Part shown: positions 1 through 12,728 of the stretch, one piece after another
Position numbering within the stretch: position 1 is the first letter of the stretch
Layout of the letters: every line of letters begins with the position of its first letter
Source of the DNA: Azolla caroliniana
Taxonomy: Eukaryota > Plantae > Polypodiophyta
Direction: 5' to 3'
Assembly (NCBI GenBank): GCA_043228905.1
Contig: JBHGNT010000003.1
Location: forward strand, 25,420,001 to 25,484,000
DNA: 64,000 bases
Position numbers and translations under genes: made by a program
The notes under the pieces: generated by a model
The model's input: the letters and a program-made list of their open reading frames with translations, nothing else
The model's database searches: none
Told to the model about the DNA's origin: nothing

Positions 1-2749
1 TTATGGAAAAAAAATATAAAAAATGTTGGAAACAATTGAGGGATAATATACATTATATATCTCGACAATACAACATTCACCCTACGGCACATGCAAATGT
101 GGAGTCACAAATCACAAAGGCAGCATGTTGGATATGACATTGATAGTGGGCTAAAAGATTGTCCACTTTGTTCGCAAAACACGAGCTTTGGTTTCCCCCT
201 CCCATTAGATGAACGAGAGGCTTGAAAGACATGGCATGTGGGATAGTGAATGTAGGTGATATGCATGAAAGGATGGCTAGAGCCATATGTGAAAGTGTAA
301 GATAAATAAGCAAGATCTCTTGTGTAGGATAGGATAGTCTTGGCTTAGGCTTCCCGAGAAAGGGATCGAGTTTGTGTATATTTTAACTAAAGGAGTATAT
401 TCTTTTTTGGAAAAAAAAACAAGAGCTTTGGTTCTTTGTTGAGCTTTATGTATGCAACCAAAGGAGTAGGTGCACCTTATTGTTCTACATATGGAATAAC
501 TCAATACTAGGGAAGTTTTGGTTGAAGCTTCCTGCAATAAATTTCCATGAATCATGTATGTTACCAAAACTCCACATTTATCATGTATAATAGGACAATG
601 TTAAAGTTGCTCAATAAAAACATAAAAACTTTTGTCAGTGATTCCATTCCAATATCATCAAAAAGGTGAGAAATGATATAATCTACATCATCTTCATCGT
701 TTGCTACCCATGATAATTGCTCAAGATTTCAAAAGTTTTTTTGCATAGAATGTTGTTGATTAATCGTCTTGCCTCGATAACTCACGAACTACTTAGTTTC
801 CAAGGTTATTTCTCCAATGGTGTATTATTTATTTATTTTTGTCCAAAAAACACTAATTCGCATTAGTTAGCAAACAAAGTACGTAAAAGACGAAAAAATT
901 TCAGCAAACGTCACTTTGGCCTTCTCGCCAAAGTGATCATAGTTCCCACCTCATTTACAACAAAAGTATCCCAACAACTCCTATAACCTAGTAATTAACT
1001 TGTGCCACATCTATACATATTTACAACTCCTAGTCACTAATGGGAGCCATTGGCGGAAACAACCATCTGGGTGCTTGGTAGTTCCATTTAGGCCCTTATG
1101 ATGATCTGACCACCATAGGAGAACTACCCCATTTCAGCAGAAACTTTGACTGAGCTCTTTCTCCTGCATCTGATTCCCCAATGGTGTATTTACTATTGTC
1201 TTTACCATTATTATTAAACTTTGTTGGTTATATTTTTAATATAAGATTAAAAACATAGAGATAGAGAACGATCTTAAGGCTAAATATGCACCATTTATTT
1301 CCATTTTCACTTGTAGTGCTTCACATAAACGAACGTTGATCAATGGCTTGCCAAAATCAAAGTTCCTATGTGAGAGAATAATGATCATAAAGGTGGACAA
1401 CTTTCTCTCTTCGCTTTTATTTTCTTCTTATCACAACATGATTCTTTCCATCTCTTTAAGTTCTTAGACTACTAGCCCTAGGTCTTGGGTTTGAGGCCCA
1501 AATTTCTCACCTATGTGTTACCAATTGAGCTACATCCATCTTGGTTGTGTGTGTGTTGCTCTAGTCTCTCCCGAGGACATTTTAATTCATGGCATCATAG
1601 ATGGGAAAGTGAAACACCTAATCCCTTGGAAATGTGATTGGGAGTTATTTAGTATGCATATGGCATGTTGTGAATCAATGCTTATGGGGCACATAGAGTT
1701 AGAAAACTACGTGTCTCTCACTTAAGAGAAAGGGCTATTGTATGCGTAATATTTGATGAAACACAGACAATGATAATCCTTGAAAATATTTCCATCTACC
1801 TCGTGAGTACAAAATGTGTTGTATGCGAAGATCCTATCCTTCAACAACAATATGTCATTGCAAGCAATATGGGGAGGAAAAACATTTAAGCTCAAGGACG
1901 AGGGAGAAGATGTAAAGGCAATCAGGGAAACAAGGTTGTTAAATTAATGGGAACTTGTGAACAATGGAACTAACTCACATCTTCTACGATTATGTTTCAC
2001 AATGGAGAATACTCACGGAATGTCGGCACTAGCAAATGAGCTAGAAATTATACTTCTTGTGTCCATAGGAATCAAATTTTGGATAAATACAATGTCAATT
2101 GTTTGATATGGGCAAAAAATTATAGCCAATGACGGAGAACAAAGAAAGTAGCATGTTTGATTAAGAGGGATTGAAAAAATTATGCTTGTCGCATAAATTT
2201 TCAATCCCTTTTATCGTCTGGACAACTACTCAACTATAACGAAAGGCAACCCTATTTCGTGAATAGACGTTAAAATATCACCTATACAAGTTGAGGTGGG
2301 TGAGGTCATGTTAAAAACTAAAAGTTCCAAAAGGATTGCAACATTAGAATGCAAATGAGAAACTTTCAGGAAGGTTGTTTGTTCGTGCACAAATAATACT
2401 TTTAAGCCCATGAAGCTCAAAAATACTTTATGGCTTTCAACATAGTCAATGATAAGGCAAACCATAAAAAAGTATCTATATTCGTACAAAACACTTGTTC
2501 AAACAGAGAGAAGAGCATAGGAAGTTAATCAACAAGTTATGCACACCCAAGAGAAAGAACATGCATGCACCTAAAAGGAACATGTTAAGAGTTATCATAA
2601 CTTAATTCTTATGGACTTGGGTATGTATTGTAAGAACTTAAATGAGCCATCAAACAATGGAAAGATAATATGTTACGACTCTCTTTCACGAATCCCTTAC
2701 TTTTTCACTTTAGTGGATGTATGCACAAAGGCCTAAGATTCTAGCAACT

Positions 2750-4230
2750 TGTGAGGCCAAAGATCTTCATGGCATCAATATTGAAAATGGATGGGAAAGA
2801 AAGCACATGCTTGGATGAATGATATCTTTATTGTGCATTGCAACATGGCATATCCCATGCTTGGATTACACATTAGCTCAAACCTTTACATAAAAGGGGT
2901 AGATCTAAATAGTATGCACAATTAGTAGACAATTGTGGTTAGTTCTCTAATGACAGAGTTATTTGGATGTGTAATTGAAATAAAGCTACATTCATGGGCT
3001 CAAACAAATGGTAAGAGGACTTATATGCAATGTGGTTTTTGAAAACACCGTAGAACCATTAGTCACCTTGTCATTACTTGAGTCTTAATAAAAGTTTTTT
3101 TTTGAAAGGCAGAGGTTTTTTTATTTTTGCTTCATATACTTTGAGAAAACATTTGATATGGTGCCTTACAAACATATTTGGATATTCATGGAATAACTTG
3201 ATTGGATCAAGCTAATATATGCTCGCAATTTCTCAAATCTATGAGAGGATTATATATTTCGTGTGTGATATATACTTCAAACCTTTTCATTGGCACTATT
3301 GATGTTCCACGACGACGACCACCCTCATAAACTCTCTTTGATTTATACATAGATGAGTTGGAACGAATGGTTTATGAGTTATAACACATTGAAGAAGTTA
3401 CCATTGGGAATACAATTCTCATGTTTTTTGCAAACACTTTAGAATAGATTCAAAAGTCAATGAGTGTATTGTACATAGGATAGGAATTTTGTCATCCACG
3501 AGAAGCCCAACTTTTATAGTAAGTTGAGTGTCAATCGCTCCACATCAAATGTTATGCTTTTGAAGACTTACTGTAAATTGTGCACAATAATGAGTCACTT
3601 GAAACCTCAAAATGCTTCGAAATCTCTTGGGCTTGAGGTTCCCTCCAATCTTAGATGGCATGAATGTGTTACCCACCTTTAGAGTAAGAAATGAAGTTTA
3701 CTATGTATTTGGAGAACATATACATTGGAGGAGAATTTAGATACATATTGGGTTCTCCAAAAACATCTTTGTACAAGGACATTAGGGCTTCTTAATGGGG
3801 TTGAAGTACCATGCAATAACATCATAGATTCACTTGGAAAGAGTTTGAAAAATGTCTAAAGGCATTTTCTTATGAAGTTTCTTCAAGTCAATATACAAAC
3901 CCCGTACATCCTAATCGGATCACTTCCCATAGAGATCATGGGCATAGAAATGATTGACTGCGTAGAATCGCATGAGAAGCAACTGAAAATAATAGAAGAC
4001 ACGAAAACATCTTTTTTAGTTTTAGATTGACTCAATATATGAAGAAATGGTCTAGAGAAGATGGGATGCATTACACTTGCTTCATGATGTGTCAAAAGAT
4101 TCTTTCATGAATGAAGATTTATTGCAATGGCAATATATCATGGTATGGGAGAGACAATAGATGCTCACATTCCCGAATCCACACATTATATTGCTTATGT
4201 TGTACCAAATTACACGACCATATTCTTTTA
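2750..4230 (+). mobile_element. Highly decayed non-LTR retrotransposon (LINE) reverse-transcriptase remnant
   Basis: Frameshifted fragments follow LINE RT motif order: W-A-Q-T-N-G-K-R...Q-x-G-F...T-I-S-H-L-V (~2995-3085), K-T-F-D-M-V-P (~3146-3166), and a T-I-D-V...L-F-D-L-Y-I-D-E-L-E block (~3295-3363). No intact ORF; boundaries are approximate. Confidence 0.6.
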
Positions 4231-5254
4231 TAAACAAGGAAACTATACTCGTTGACAAATACTACAACCCATCCCTTTGTTCGTTATCGACACAATTGCT
4301 TCTATTATTGTTCACGTTTCTCTTTTAGTTGTGGGATGGGACGCTCCTCCAATTGCCTGCAATCTACACCTTTGCTTCCATACAACTTAGCTCACATTCT
4401 CTTTGATATGAGACGGGATGCCAATGCATATCAAGGCGCGAACAATTTCACGAGTCTTTGGTCGACATTCCTTTTGAGTTTTCTTTCCACACATTTCCAA
4501 TCAACTTCAGACACCATACACTTGCTTCTTTTACAGTTCACAACATCGTGCATGCGCGCACTCGTAAAAAGTGCAATCGAGTAAACGTCTCGTGCATCGG
4601 GAGTCGTTACTTAAAGTCCACACATACGGTGGGGAAACATTTCATGTATGGTCTCCAGGGACATATTCGACACGACAGGGTGACTGGCAGTCTAGTCTAA
4701 CCTTTTGGCAGCTCTTTCTGATGAACAGACGTGGCGATAATGTCATTTATCAATATGCCACTAATAAACTTACTGGGATCATCATAGATGATTAATGCGT
4801 GCATTCCATGATCTCTAGAAGACTCTCCCATCACCCCGGTCTCTCTCCTCATCTTATTGATGTCACAAGTGTAAAGGAGTTGTCTACCATTAAGATATAC
4901 AATGAGGGAGGATTATGTTGTAAAATGGATGGATGGACCCATGCGGCACATTGGGCCCCCCTTCTCCCCTCTTGTGGATATGTAATCAATCGTCTCATTA
5001 TCATTGATCATTGATCATCGATCACATGCCTCGTTGATTAGATGAATGAGATAATAATCTCAATGGCATTGGCGTTCCTTTGTATGTATTTGGCGCGAAT
5101 TTTCGGTTCGTGGGTGGTTGAGGAAGGACGAGAACGTGAGGAGGTCTCGATTCGGGCACATTCGGGCCGGAAAACTCTGACTGTGAATTTCTCATGAGAC
5201 CCTCCCTCCCTCCCTCCCTATGGACAGAAAGAGATGGAAACCCTCTAGATAAAA

Positions 5255-5440
5255 AAGACAGACAGATAGATGGACAGCTCCATCTGTCTCTGTCTCTGTC
5301 TCTGTCCATGTCCATGTCCATGTCCCTGTCTCTGCAGAGATAGGGAAGTGGAGATTGAAACCTTCTAGAGAGAGAGAGAGAGAGAGAGAGCAGGACATTT
5401 TCTTCTTCTTCTTCTTCTTCTTCTCTCACTCTCTCTCTCT
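5255..5440. repeat. Microsatellite cluster: (TCTCTG)n, (TCCATG)n, (GA)n, (TTC)n
   Basis: Simple repeats are directly visible upstream of the RING gene. They generate the spurious low-complexity ORFs 5022-5468 and 5192-5398. Confidence 0.9.
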
Positions 5441-6050
5441 GAGGTAGGAGAGGGGGGGACATAAACACAGGGGGCAGGGAGAGATCTCCCCTTGAAAAGA
5501 ACTATCAATAAGCTATGGTGTGCCTTTAGAGAGAAAACCAGAGACGAGAAACTATCTTGAAAGAACTACCAGAAAGAGAGAGAGACAGATAGACAGAGAC
5601 AGAGAGACAGACAAATATACTCCTGAAGCAGACTCATTAAGATCGCCATGGCTGTCTAGAGAGAGAAATAAAATAGGGATTCCTCTCGGAACACTCATCA
5701 TGAAGCCATGGTTCTGTAGATGATGGCGATGTATGGGAGAGAGAGAGGTCCTCTTTGAAGACCTATCGAGAAGAAGCCGTGGTGTCTCTTTAGAGAGAGA
5801 TCAACACAGAGAAAGAAAGAGAGCGATGGGTCCTTCATTATCATTCCCGAACAGAAGCGTATCTTCCCCTGTTTTTCAACCCTAACAGAACACAACAAAA
5901 TAACAAACATAAAAAGCCATGGGTCTTTAGAAACAGAGAGAGGAGAGATGGGTCTCTCATTATCATCAATATAAAAAAGAAGAGTATCTTCCTCTGTTCA
6001 AAAACCCTAACAGGACTGATCAAAACCCTAAAACAAGAACAAGACTGAAA

Positions 6051-8728
6051 ATGGGTTCGGTTTGTTGCGTGGCTTCAAGGCCACCTCGACAACCTCTGTC
6101 TTCTTCTTCTTCGTCTTCTTCTTCGTCTTCCTCTTATAATAATAATAATACTAATGGACCTAATGATAGTCTTAATGCTCACTGTGCAGACCCTAATAGT
6201 CACCATTGGAGAATCCATGGTGGCTTCTCTCCCCCCATTGCATCGAGTCCACTCTCATCAGTCTCTTCATCGTACCATCAAAATCATACTCAACTTCTTC
6301 ATAATCGTAATTATAATGATGATAATCATCATTATAATGGTGGCATGTCCTCAGGTTATTTCTCCTCTTCATTTAGGAAAAAAACACGGTCTCAGTCTCG
6401 AAGCAATGGAAACTCCGCTTCAGGTTCTCCTTTGGTTAGTATGAGGCGAGATGGTCATAATAATCAGAGTATGGGTCGAGATGTGTATAATAATAATAAT
6501 AATCAAAGTATGGGTCGAGATGGGCCTAATGATCGAAGTATGGGTCGAGATCAAAGTATGAGTTGGGATGCAAACCGTCGAGATCAGAGTATGAGCCGAG
6601 ATGTGAACAATGGTCTAGATCGGAGTATGGGCAGAGATGTGAATGGACAATACCTCCTTCGCTGCCTGTCCTCTTCGATGCAATTAGACTTCTCTCTCCC
6701 GGCCTGCCAAAGTGCTCCAGGTAGTTTTAGAGCCTCTTCTCACTGGATTCGTAATGATATTGGCGACCATTTTGTTTCTTCGACCACAACACCTGGTAAA
6801 TATCACAAATTTCTTCTGTTTATCCTTTCTATGGTAAACCTTTGATTGATGATGGCTTTGCTCATACTTTGCATGCATGCCAAAATCATTTGATTACATG
6901 AATGATGGTTTTACTCATGGTTCACATGTAAGTTAAAATCTTTTGATTGAATGGTGATTGTTTTGTTTTGTTCATGGTTTGTGTCTATGTTAAAATCTTT
7001 TGAATCAATGATGGCTCTGTTCCTAGTCACACATTTGACATATCTTTGAATTACAATGATAATGGTGTCTTTGATCAACCTGTCGTGTGTAACAAATCTT
7101 TGAACAGTGATGGGGTGTTTGTAGATATATAATTTGAAAAAACTTGGTTTGTTTGTTGTTATTCTGGATGGATATTGGGGACTTTGATGGGATACATGTT
7201 GGGTTAGGTATTGGAGTATATGCATAACCTTAAGGATACATGCTAAGAGAGCATATGCATAATCTTATGGTGTCAATATGCCATGGATTTGCCAATAAGT
7301 TTGTGAATTTTCGACTTAGTTTGGATTACCTATTTTGGCTGTATTTTGTCTATCTCTCTTTAAGATGTCTCTTGTTACATATGGGTTGGTAGATCTAAAG
7401 AATGTTATTATTGTTTACATAAGATAGTTAGTCAATATAGTTCTATAGCTAATTCTTCTTAAATTCTTTATAGATTCTTTGTCGAGCACAACATTTTGGG
7501 CAAAGGAGGTATGTGCGCTTTTTAAAGTTAGTGTAAAACAACAAGATGCGCTTTTGGATATTTTCTGGAATACACATAAGTTTTCAAACGATTACCAAAA
7601 TGTCCCTTTGTTAAATTTGGAAACTTAGGGGTATTCTGGTAAATATAGGAAAGCTAGCGGTATGGTGTTTTTCCCTTACAAAAGTCGTATCCTATTATCA
7701 AAACAATACAGTGGTTCCTAGATATACAATCCTTTTTTTTATTCTTTCTCTCTCTCTCTCTTTCTCTCTTTCAGGGGCATGTGAGTAAAGCAGAATCATC
7801 CAGTTCATTTAGGTCACGGGCAGACTTGGGTCATCGGCCTTCATCATCATTCAATGCAAATTTAAGCGGAGGCTTCTCTTCTTTATATAGGTTTGGATCC
7901 AAGGCTTTTTTTCACAAGCTGAGGCCTCATAACAATAATAATCATCATAATAGTAATACATGCGAAACCGCATTAGAGAAGGGTGACACACTTACTGGGC
8001 ACGAAACCAAGGACTGGTCTATGCAAGCATTTTCCCAACTCATTGCCTCTTCACAGCGCGAAGGCTTCGGCACTTCAGGGATCAATACTGTTTTTTATGC
8101 TGAAAGCCCTGAAGAAGAAAGAACAGAGGAGGAGCCATCTTTGCCTTTATCGATAGAAAAAATTCAAGTTGCATTCTCGCAGGGTTTGCATGATCATTCA
8201 AACAATGGTAGTGCAAGAGGAACTCATGATGTTCACATGTGTGGCATATGTTCGAGATTGTTGACTCGGCGGTCTCCCTGGAGTTCTCAACGAATGAGTA
8301 ATAATGCAGATTTGCCTGTCACTGGGGTTCTTGTGTGTGGCCATGTTTTCCATGCGGATTGTCTGGAGAAGGTTGTTCCCCCGTATGCTCTCAGGCACGA
8401 CCCTCCTTGTCCCGAATGTGAGAAACCAAAAAAACCACCACCTGTGAAATCGAATATGCTTTTAGGGTTCAGTAGTTTGAAAGAGCCAATCAAGAATAAA
8501 TTGTCAAAAATTGCTCCTCAAGAGAAGAGGGCTTTGACCAGTGTGGACATAGATAAAGAGAAAAGAGCAACAAGTTCTTTTAGAGAACGGGGTTTCTTTC
8601 ATAGGTCTACATCCAAGAAACAAGCATCTCCTCAGATGCGATCATCTAAAGAGTTACCCTCCCAAAGCTTATTATGTTCGAAAAAGTTTGGTTCTCCGGC
8701 ACAGGTATCGCCCGAAAACCAATCATAA
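6051..8728 (+). CDS. Plant RING-H2 zinc-finger protein (MGSxCCVA N-terminus family), putative E3 ligase, 577 aa
   Basis: Exons 6051-6795, 7474-7508 (35-nt micro-exon required to restore frame) and 7775-8728 total 1734 nt with GT-AG introns. RING-H2 signature CGIC...CGHVFHADC...DPPCPEC. Also a WSMQAFSQLIASSQRE block and a Gly2/Cys-Cys N-terminus suggesting myristoylation and palmitoylation. Confidence 0.88.
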
Positions 8729-11700
8729 GCAAATTATGGCCATCTGTGATGACTGACGGAGAAGAGAGAACTTGAACTCCTTATCTACTGCTTATATGGC
8801 AAGAGCCATGATCATCAGACTGAGTGGCATTTAGTGATGACCACATTCTGTCCTTTATCCCTCACATTTGAAAATATTTACTCTTTTCGAACTTTTTTTA
8901 TTGCATATGCATGCAGCAATCTGGCTGTAAAGTTTTGTCTCACCCATTATATAGCAGGTAAGCAATGCTGAAACGATGTTTCATATTTGCATTTTATTTC
9001 AGATTTCCTCTTGAGAGAGAACTCATCATGTAACGGCATGAATTGGAATTCTTAATTGTCCTTGAGCTCATTGTGTTCTTTTTGACCTTGAGCTATGTAA
9101 TGTTGGTACAACAACAGGACTCTTGGTTTTTCTTTTAATAAGGAAGTTGAGCTCCTTACTTGAGGCATGACTAATGTTTCTAAGGCACAGTGAACCTTTT
9201 GAGAAGGATTGCTGTGGGGATTCCTTGTGCAATTCATTCTGTAAATGAACTAAGTTTATCACAGTGTCCTGTTCGAACTTCTGTATTTATGAGTTTTCCT
9301 TATTTTTATCGTATTTATAGCTTTCTACTTTTCTTCTCTGTAAGATGATCATATAACCCTTACTGCATTTTGCTTTTCTTCTCAAAACGATGATCATATG
9401 ATAAATCTCGGTGCTCTTTGATTTGCAATAGAAAACTTACTTTTACCGATCTGTATATCAAACACTTCCGTCTTGTACTATAGCTGGACCTTTAGAAATC
9501 TCTCCTGGGTCCAGTACTTACCTGAATGTAGGGATCACAGGATGATGCTTTACCTACCACGAATGTTAAGTTTCCAATATGTATCTCTTGGGGTGAATTT
9601 ATTGAATCGCCCTTTCTGGAGTGGATGCTATGTATACATCCAACTTGGAGATAATTATGTCCTAAACATATCAAAACTACTGGTATCACTGCTTGTAATG
9701 ATTTGGGAACTGATATATAGAATAATAATTTTCTTCTAACTTGATAGATTTGGAGGACATCTCAAGAGTGGAAGAAAAGAAATCTTGCCTGTTTGCATCT
9801 ACTATATGCTCATATCTATAGTGTCTGGAGCTCAGTTTTGTATTTGCTCAGAAGTATGTTTGGTCCATGTTGTCTGTCTTCTTAAATAAAATATAATTTG
9901 CAAAGGTTATGTCCATCTCTTAAACCAACTATCATTTGCAAAGTTTATGTATTCTAGCCAGTTCAATCTCTCTTTCTCTGTCTCTCAAAATAAATATAAC
10001 ATGCTGGGATATCTACAGTGAGAAGGTAACATCTTGTCATCTCCATGGCATTTAATGCAAGAAGGGCTATCACCATGCAGAGTGTGTTGAACACTTATTT
10101 GCGTTAGATGGTCATCTAGAATTGTGATTTATCTTTGTTTGTCTTTCCAAACATGGGTTTAGGCATGATAAAAGCATGGTACATGCTGCCAATACCTAAA
10201 TTTGTGGAAGCAATCAAATGAAGTACTCCCCAAAGAAGGTATGGGAAGCCATCTACATCTTCTATGCTAGAATCCACATCTTATCAAGGTTGGGAAAGTG
10301 AGGAAACAATGTTAAGCCATGTAACATATTTTGAAATGCTGGGTAACATATCGATTGTTGTTATCGTTAGGTTTGCATTTGGGTGAGCTGAATTTTGTTG
10401 CTTTCTTCGATATGATAATATAAGCAATTGAAACATTTGAGAACTTTGTATTTGGCTTAAAGGATGTGATTAATCAAGGAGAATGTATGGCACAAATGGT
10501 CATGATGAATATCTGGTTTCATATTTTTTATATTGTTATAACAAGAGACTTCATGTGTAGCATGATGTCATTTTTATAGATTTGAGCTTGTCAAATAATT
10601 ACTACTTATAAAGATAATAGTTTCCTACTACTGTAATTTGCCAACGCTTACAAATACTAGTATCCCTGTACTTTCTATCCTAATTTGCTTAATGATAGAG
10701 TTGTTGTATGGTTGAAGTTGTTTGTCACTACAATTTCCTTGCATGCTTTTCATCAATCTAACTTCTTCAAAGTGTGTTGCAATCATTCGTCGTGCTAACA
10801 TCCTAGAAGACATTGAAGCTTTTTGTCACGCTAGCTTCTTGAACATACCTATATGAAGGTCTTGTGGATATATATTAGTAATCATATATGATATTATTCT
10901 TATCAACATTGTAGCTTTTTCTTTTCACTTTTGGCTCATTTGGATGATGCCCTCTTCTCCTTTTAACAACATTGGCCAATTTCTTGTAATTTTGATGTAG
11001 ATGGATCTGCATCTTGGACTGACTATGGGCTTTGTTTTTTCGTGTGTTATTATTCTTTTGTCCTTATATGGTTTAATAATGGATTGTAACTTGATAATGG
11101 TACATTATTGGCTAAGCTACATCAATATCTTGTAAAGGGAGCAACCTTTTTTTCTCTCTTGAAGGTGTTCTGAAATGCGTATGTATAGAGGGCACCACTA
11201 AAGTTGTACATTTTGTAAATAAAAGCTTCTTCGATTTGTTTATTAGGTGGCATATCAATGAAAGTATTAATACACACCTTTTCTTTTGTATTCTTAAAAT
11301 TTGTGAATAAACTATATACGGTTTGCAAAGATTGTAGTTGTTTTCACTATAGTATTTTGCTACACTTATGCGTTTGTTGAACATGTCTTGAATTCAATTT
11401 GTTATGGCATTCACAAGATTATCTATGTCTTGTATTTAATTGTAAAGATGGCATATTTTCTACATTCTAATAATGTGAGTCTTTGTTTGTGTGTACATTC
11501 ATTGGCCACATATTTGTGTGGTTGGTACAATATTGATCCATTGTCTTGAGTTTCGTAATCAGCTCATCTGTTTGCGAACTTATTTATAACCTCGGAGTCG
11601 CCATCTCTTAAAGGCCCTCACACCGATTCTTGCGCTCTTTCCAATGTGATGTGAAGTAGTCACACTTGTAAGGTCAAATGTTACTTCTTTTGATAAACCT

Positions 11701-12728
11701 TGTGTACTTGTTGTGTTAAGCTTCGAGTTCCTATTAACTTGCTTTTTTCGTATATTCTTTTAATTTGTCTTGATGTGAGCATTCACATTTGTACATAGAT
11801 GTTGTTTACTTTTAAGTGTGTTGCCGAACGTTGGTTGTGAGAATTGAATCATTAGCTACAGCCTACTAGTTTTGTCTTTTTGTTATTTGTTATTACATAG
11901 AATGGCCTTTCAACTCCGTTTATTAATCCATCTTTTGTCATGATCTCTACTTATGGCATATGAACATGGAACTTGTAATGAGATAGCAAATCGCAACACA
12001 AAACCACATGGCCACGAACTACTTTCCCTTTGGCACACACAACTTGTTCAGACAGACTATGAAAAATTATCGTACTGCAAAGATTGAACTATGTATAGGC
12101 ATCAATCACAAAACCCACTTGATTCAACTCATAAGTAGCAATGTGGTCCCATCAACAATATCACACCATGCAAAAGACTACGCACAAGATCTTGATCTTT
12201 GTTGACTTTCTATAGCCATCATCATCATCATCATTGTTTTTCTACTGTCTTCTTACACACATTTTTTGCATTCATACATACATATCCCCACATTTTTGCA
12301 TCCATACACGTCTTAAAAGGGCGTTTTATGAGAAACTAACTGCTCATTCGGAACGGAGATTTTGATCATGTCGACAATGACATTCTACCTTCATACATAC
12401 GTATGTATGCATAATTTTGCGATATCAAGGCACATGGATGTAATGAAATGAAGGGGGATCAATCATAAAATTGTCTCAACAAAAATAAAGATAGTATGAA
12501 TCATGAAATTGATAGATGTCCCAAATAATTGAGATGCCAATGTTTTTTGGATTAAGATTTAGAGGGTATAAGATTCATATTAAACATTCAATCCAATCCG
12601 ATATAATTTTGATTTGCTTATGAGAAATCAATCCATTTCTATGACTGTGAAAGGAGTAAAAAAATCTGCTCATACATATACTGTATACATAACCATATGA
12701 TTTGGGGAGGAGCAGGGGAGCCCCAAGG

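Noticed and set aside
1-2700. Probable TE debris (also 10400-12250 and 40500-41200)
   Set aside because: Composition suggests decayed elements, but no diagnostic motif, TIR or LTR could be read with confidence.
5022-5468. 148-aa minus-strand ORF with DMDMD/DRDRD/LSLSL runs
   Set aside because: It is a translation of microsatellites with no domain signal.
8958-9002. Possible 3' UTR intron (CAG|GTAAGC...TTTCAG) in the RING gene
   Set aside because: Only 45 nt, shorter than every supported intron here; it cannot be supported without transcripts.
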